Source: Octopus sinensis (lineage: Eukaryota). From it: a stretch of DNA of 64,000 nucleotides. Where the stretch lies: assembly GCF_006345805.1 (NCBI RefSeq), contig NC_043014.1, positions 33,480,001 through 33,544,000 of the forward strand, given 5' to 3'. A model generated the notes under the pieces. That model was not told the origin of the DNA, searched no databases, and saw nothing but the letters and a program-made list of their open reading frames with translations. This document shows positions 63,575-64,000 of the stretch, one piece after another. Positions within the stretch are counted from its first letter, which is position 1; every line of letters begins with the position of its first letter. Position numbers and translations under genes: made by a program.

Positions 63575-63970
63575 GTTGACAACTTCAGACACTATCTAGT
63601 CAACAACTTCAAAGTGTGTCTGTCCAGTTGACATCTGCTGAATGTCTGTTCAGTTGACATCTGCAGAGTGCCTATGTCCAGTCAATACCTGCAGAGTGTG
63701 TATGTCATGTTGACATCTGCAGAGTGTGTCTGACCAGTTGAAATCTGCAGAGAGCATCAGTTCAAACAACATCTGAAGCATGCATCTGTCTAGTTGACAT
63801 GTACAGAGTGTGTCTGTCCAGTTGACATCTGCAGAGTGTGTCTGCTCAGTTGACATCTACAGAATGTGTCTGTCTGGTCAACATCTGCAGAGTGCATCAG
63901 TCCAACATGTACAGAGTGTGTCTGTCCAGTTGACATCTGTCGAGTGTGTCTATCCAGTCAACATCTACAA
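63575..63970. repeat. 28-bp minisatellite (AGAGTGTGTCTGTCCAGTTGACATCTGC), about 13 degenerate units
   Basis: Direct inspection. Confidence 0.85.
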
Positions 63971-64000
63971 CCTGCAATTGTGCCACTGACAATCTACAGA

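Noticed and set aside
63575-63970. CRISPR-like 28-bp repeats
   Set aside because: Head-to-tail units with no unique spacers, in a eukaryotic intron.

Overview
AT-rich eukaryotic DNA, most consistent with an octopus (coleoid cephalopod). That assignment is an inference from intron size and repeat families recognised from memory. The minus strand carries one long gene, MROH1 (maestro HEAT-like repeat family member 1, HEATR7A). I reconstructed 27 GT-AG coding exons by hand between 62442 and 862. They total 3260 nt (about 1086 codons) in one continuous frame with matching intron phases. The start exon and the C-terminal third of the protein are not visible. One intron (9025-11733) has a U12 minor-spliceosome signature. 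The introns are packed with tRNA-derived SINEs, LINE fragments (RTE, CR1, L1/Tx1, R4/Dong-like), Tc1/mariner remnants, MITEs, a Helitron and microsatellites. The most unusual signal is a set of about ten short fold-back (head + arm + inverted arm) elements, mostly in (TA)n or (ATT)n tracts. Several carry complete, degenerate or half type I minimal hammerhead ribozyme motifs, resembling non-autonomous Penelope-like or retrozyme elements. Two other fold-back elements carry telomere-type TAACCC arrays. All coordinates were read by eye; TE and SINE boundaries are approximate.
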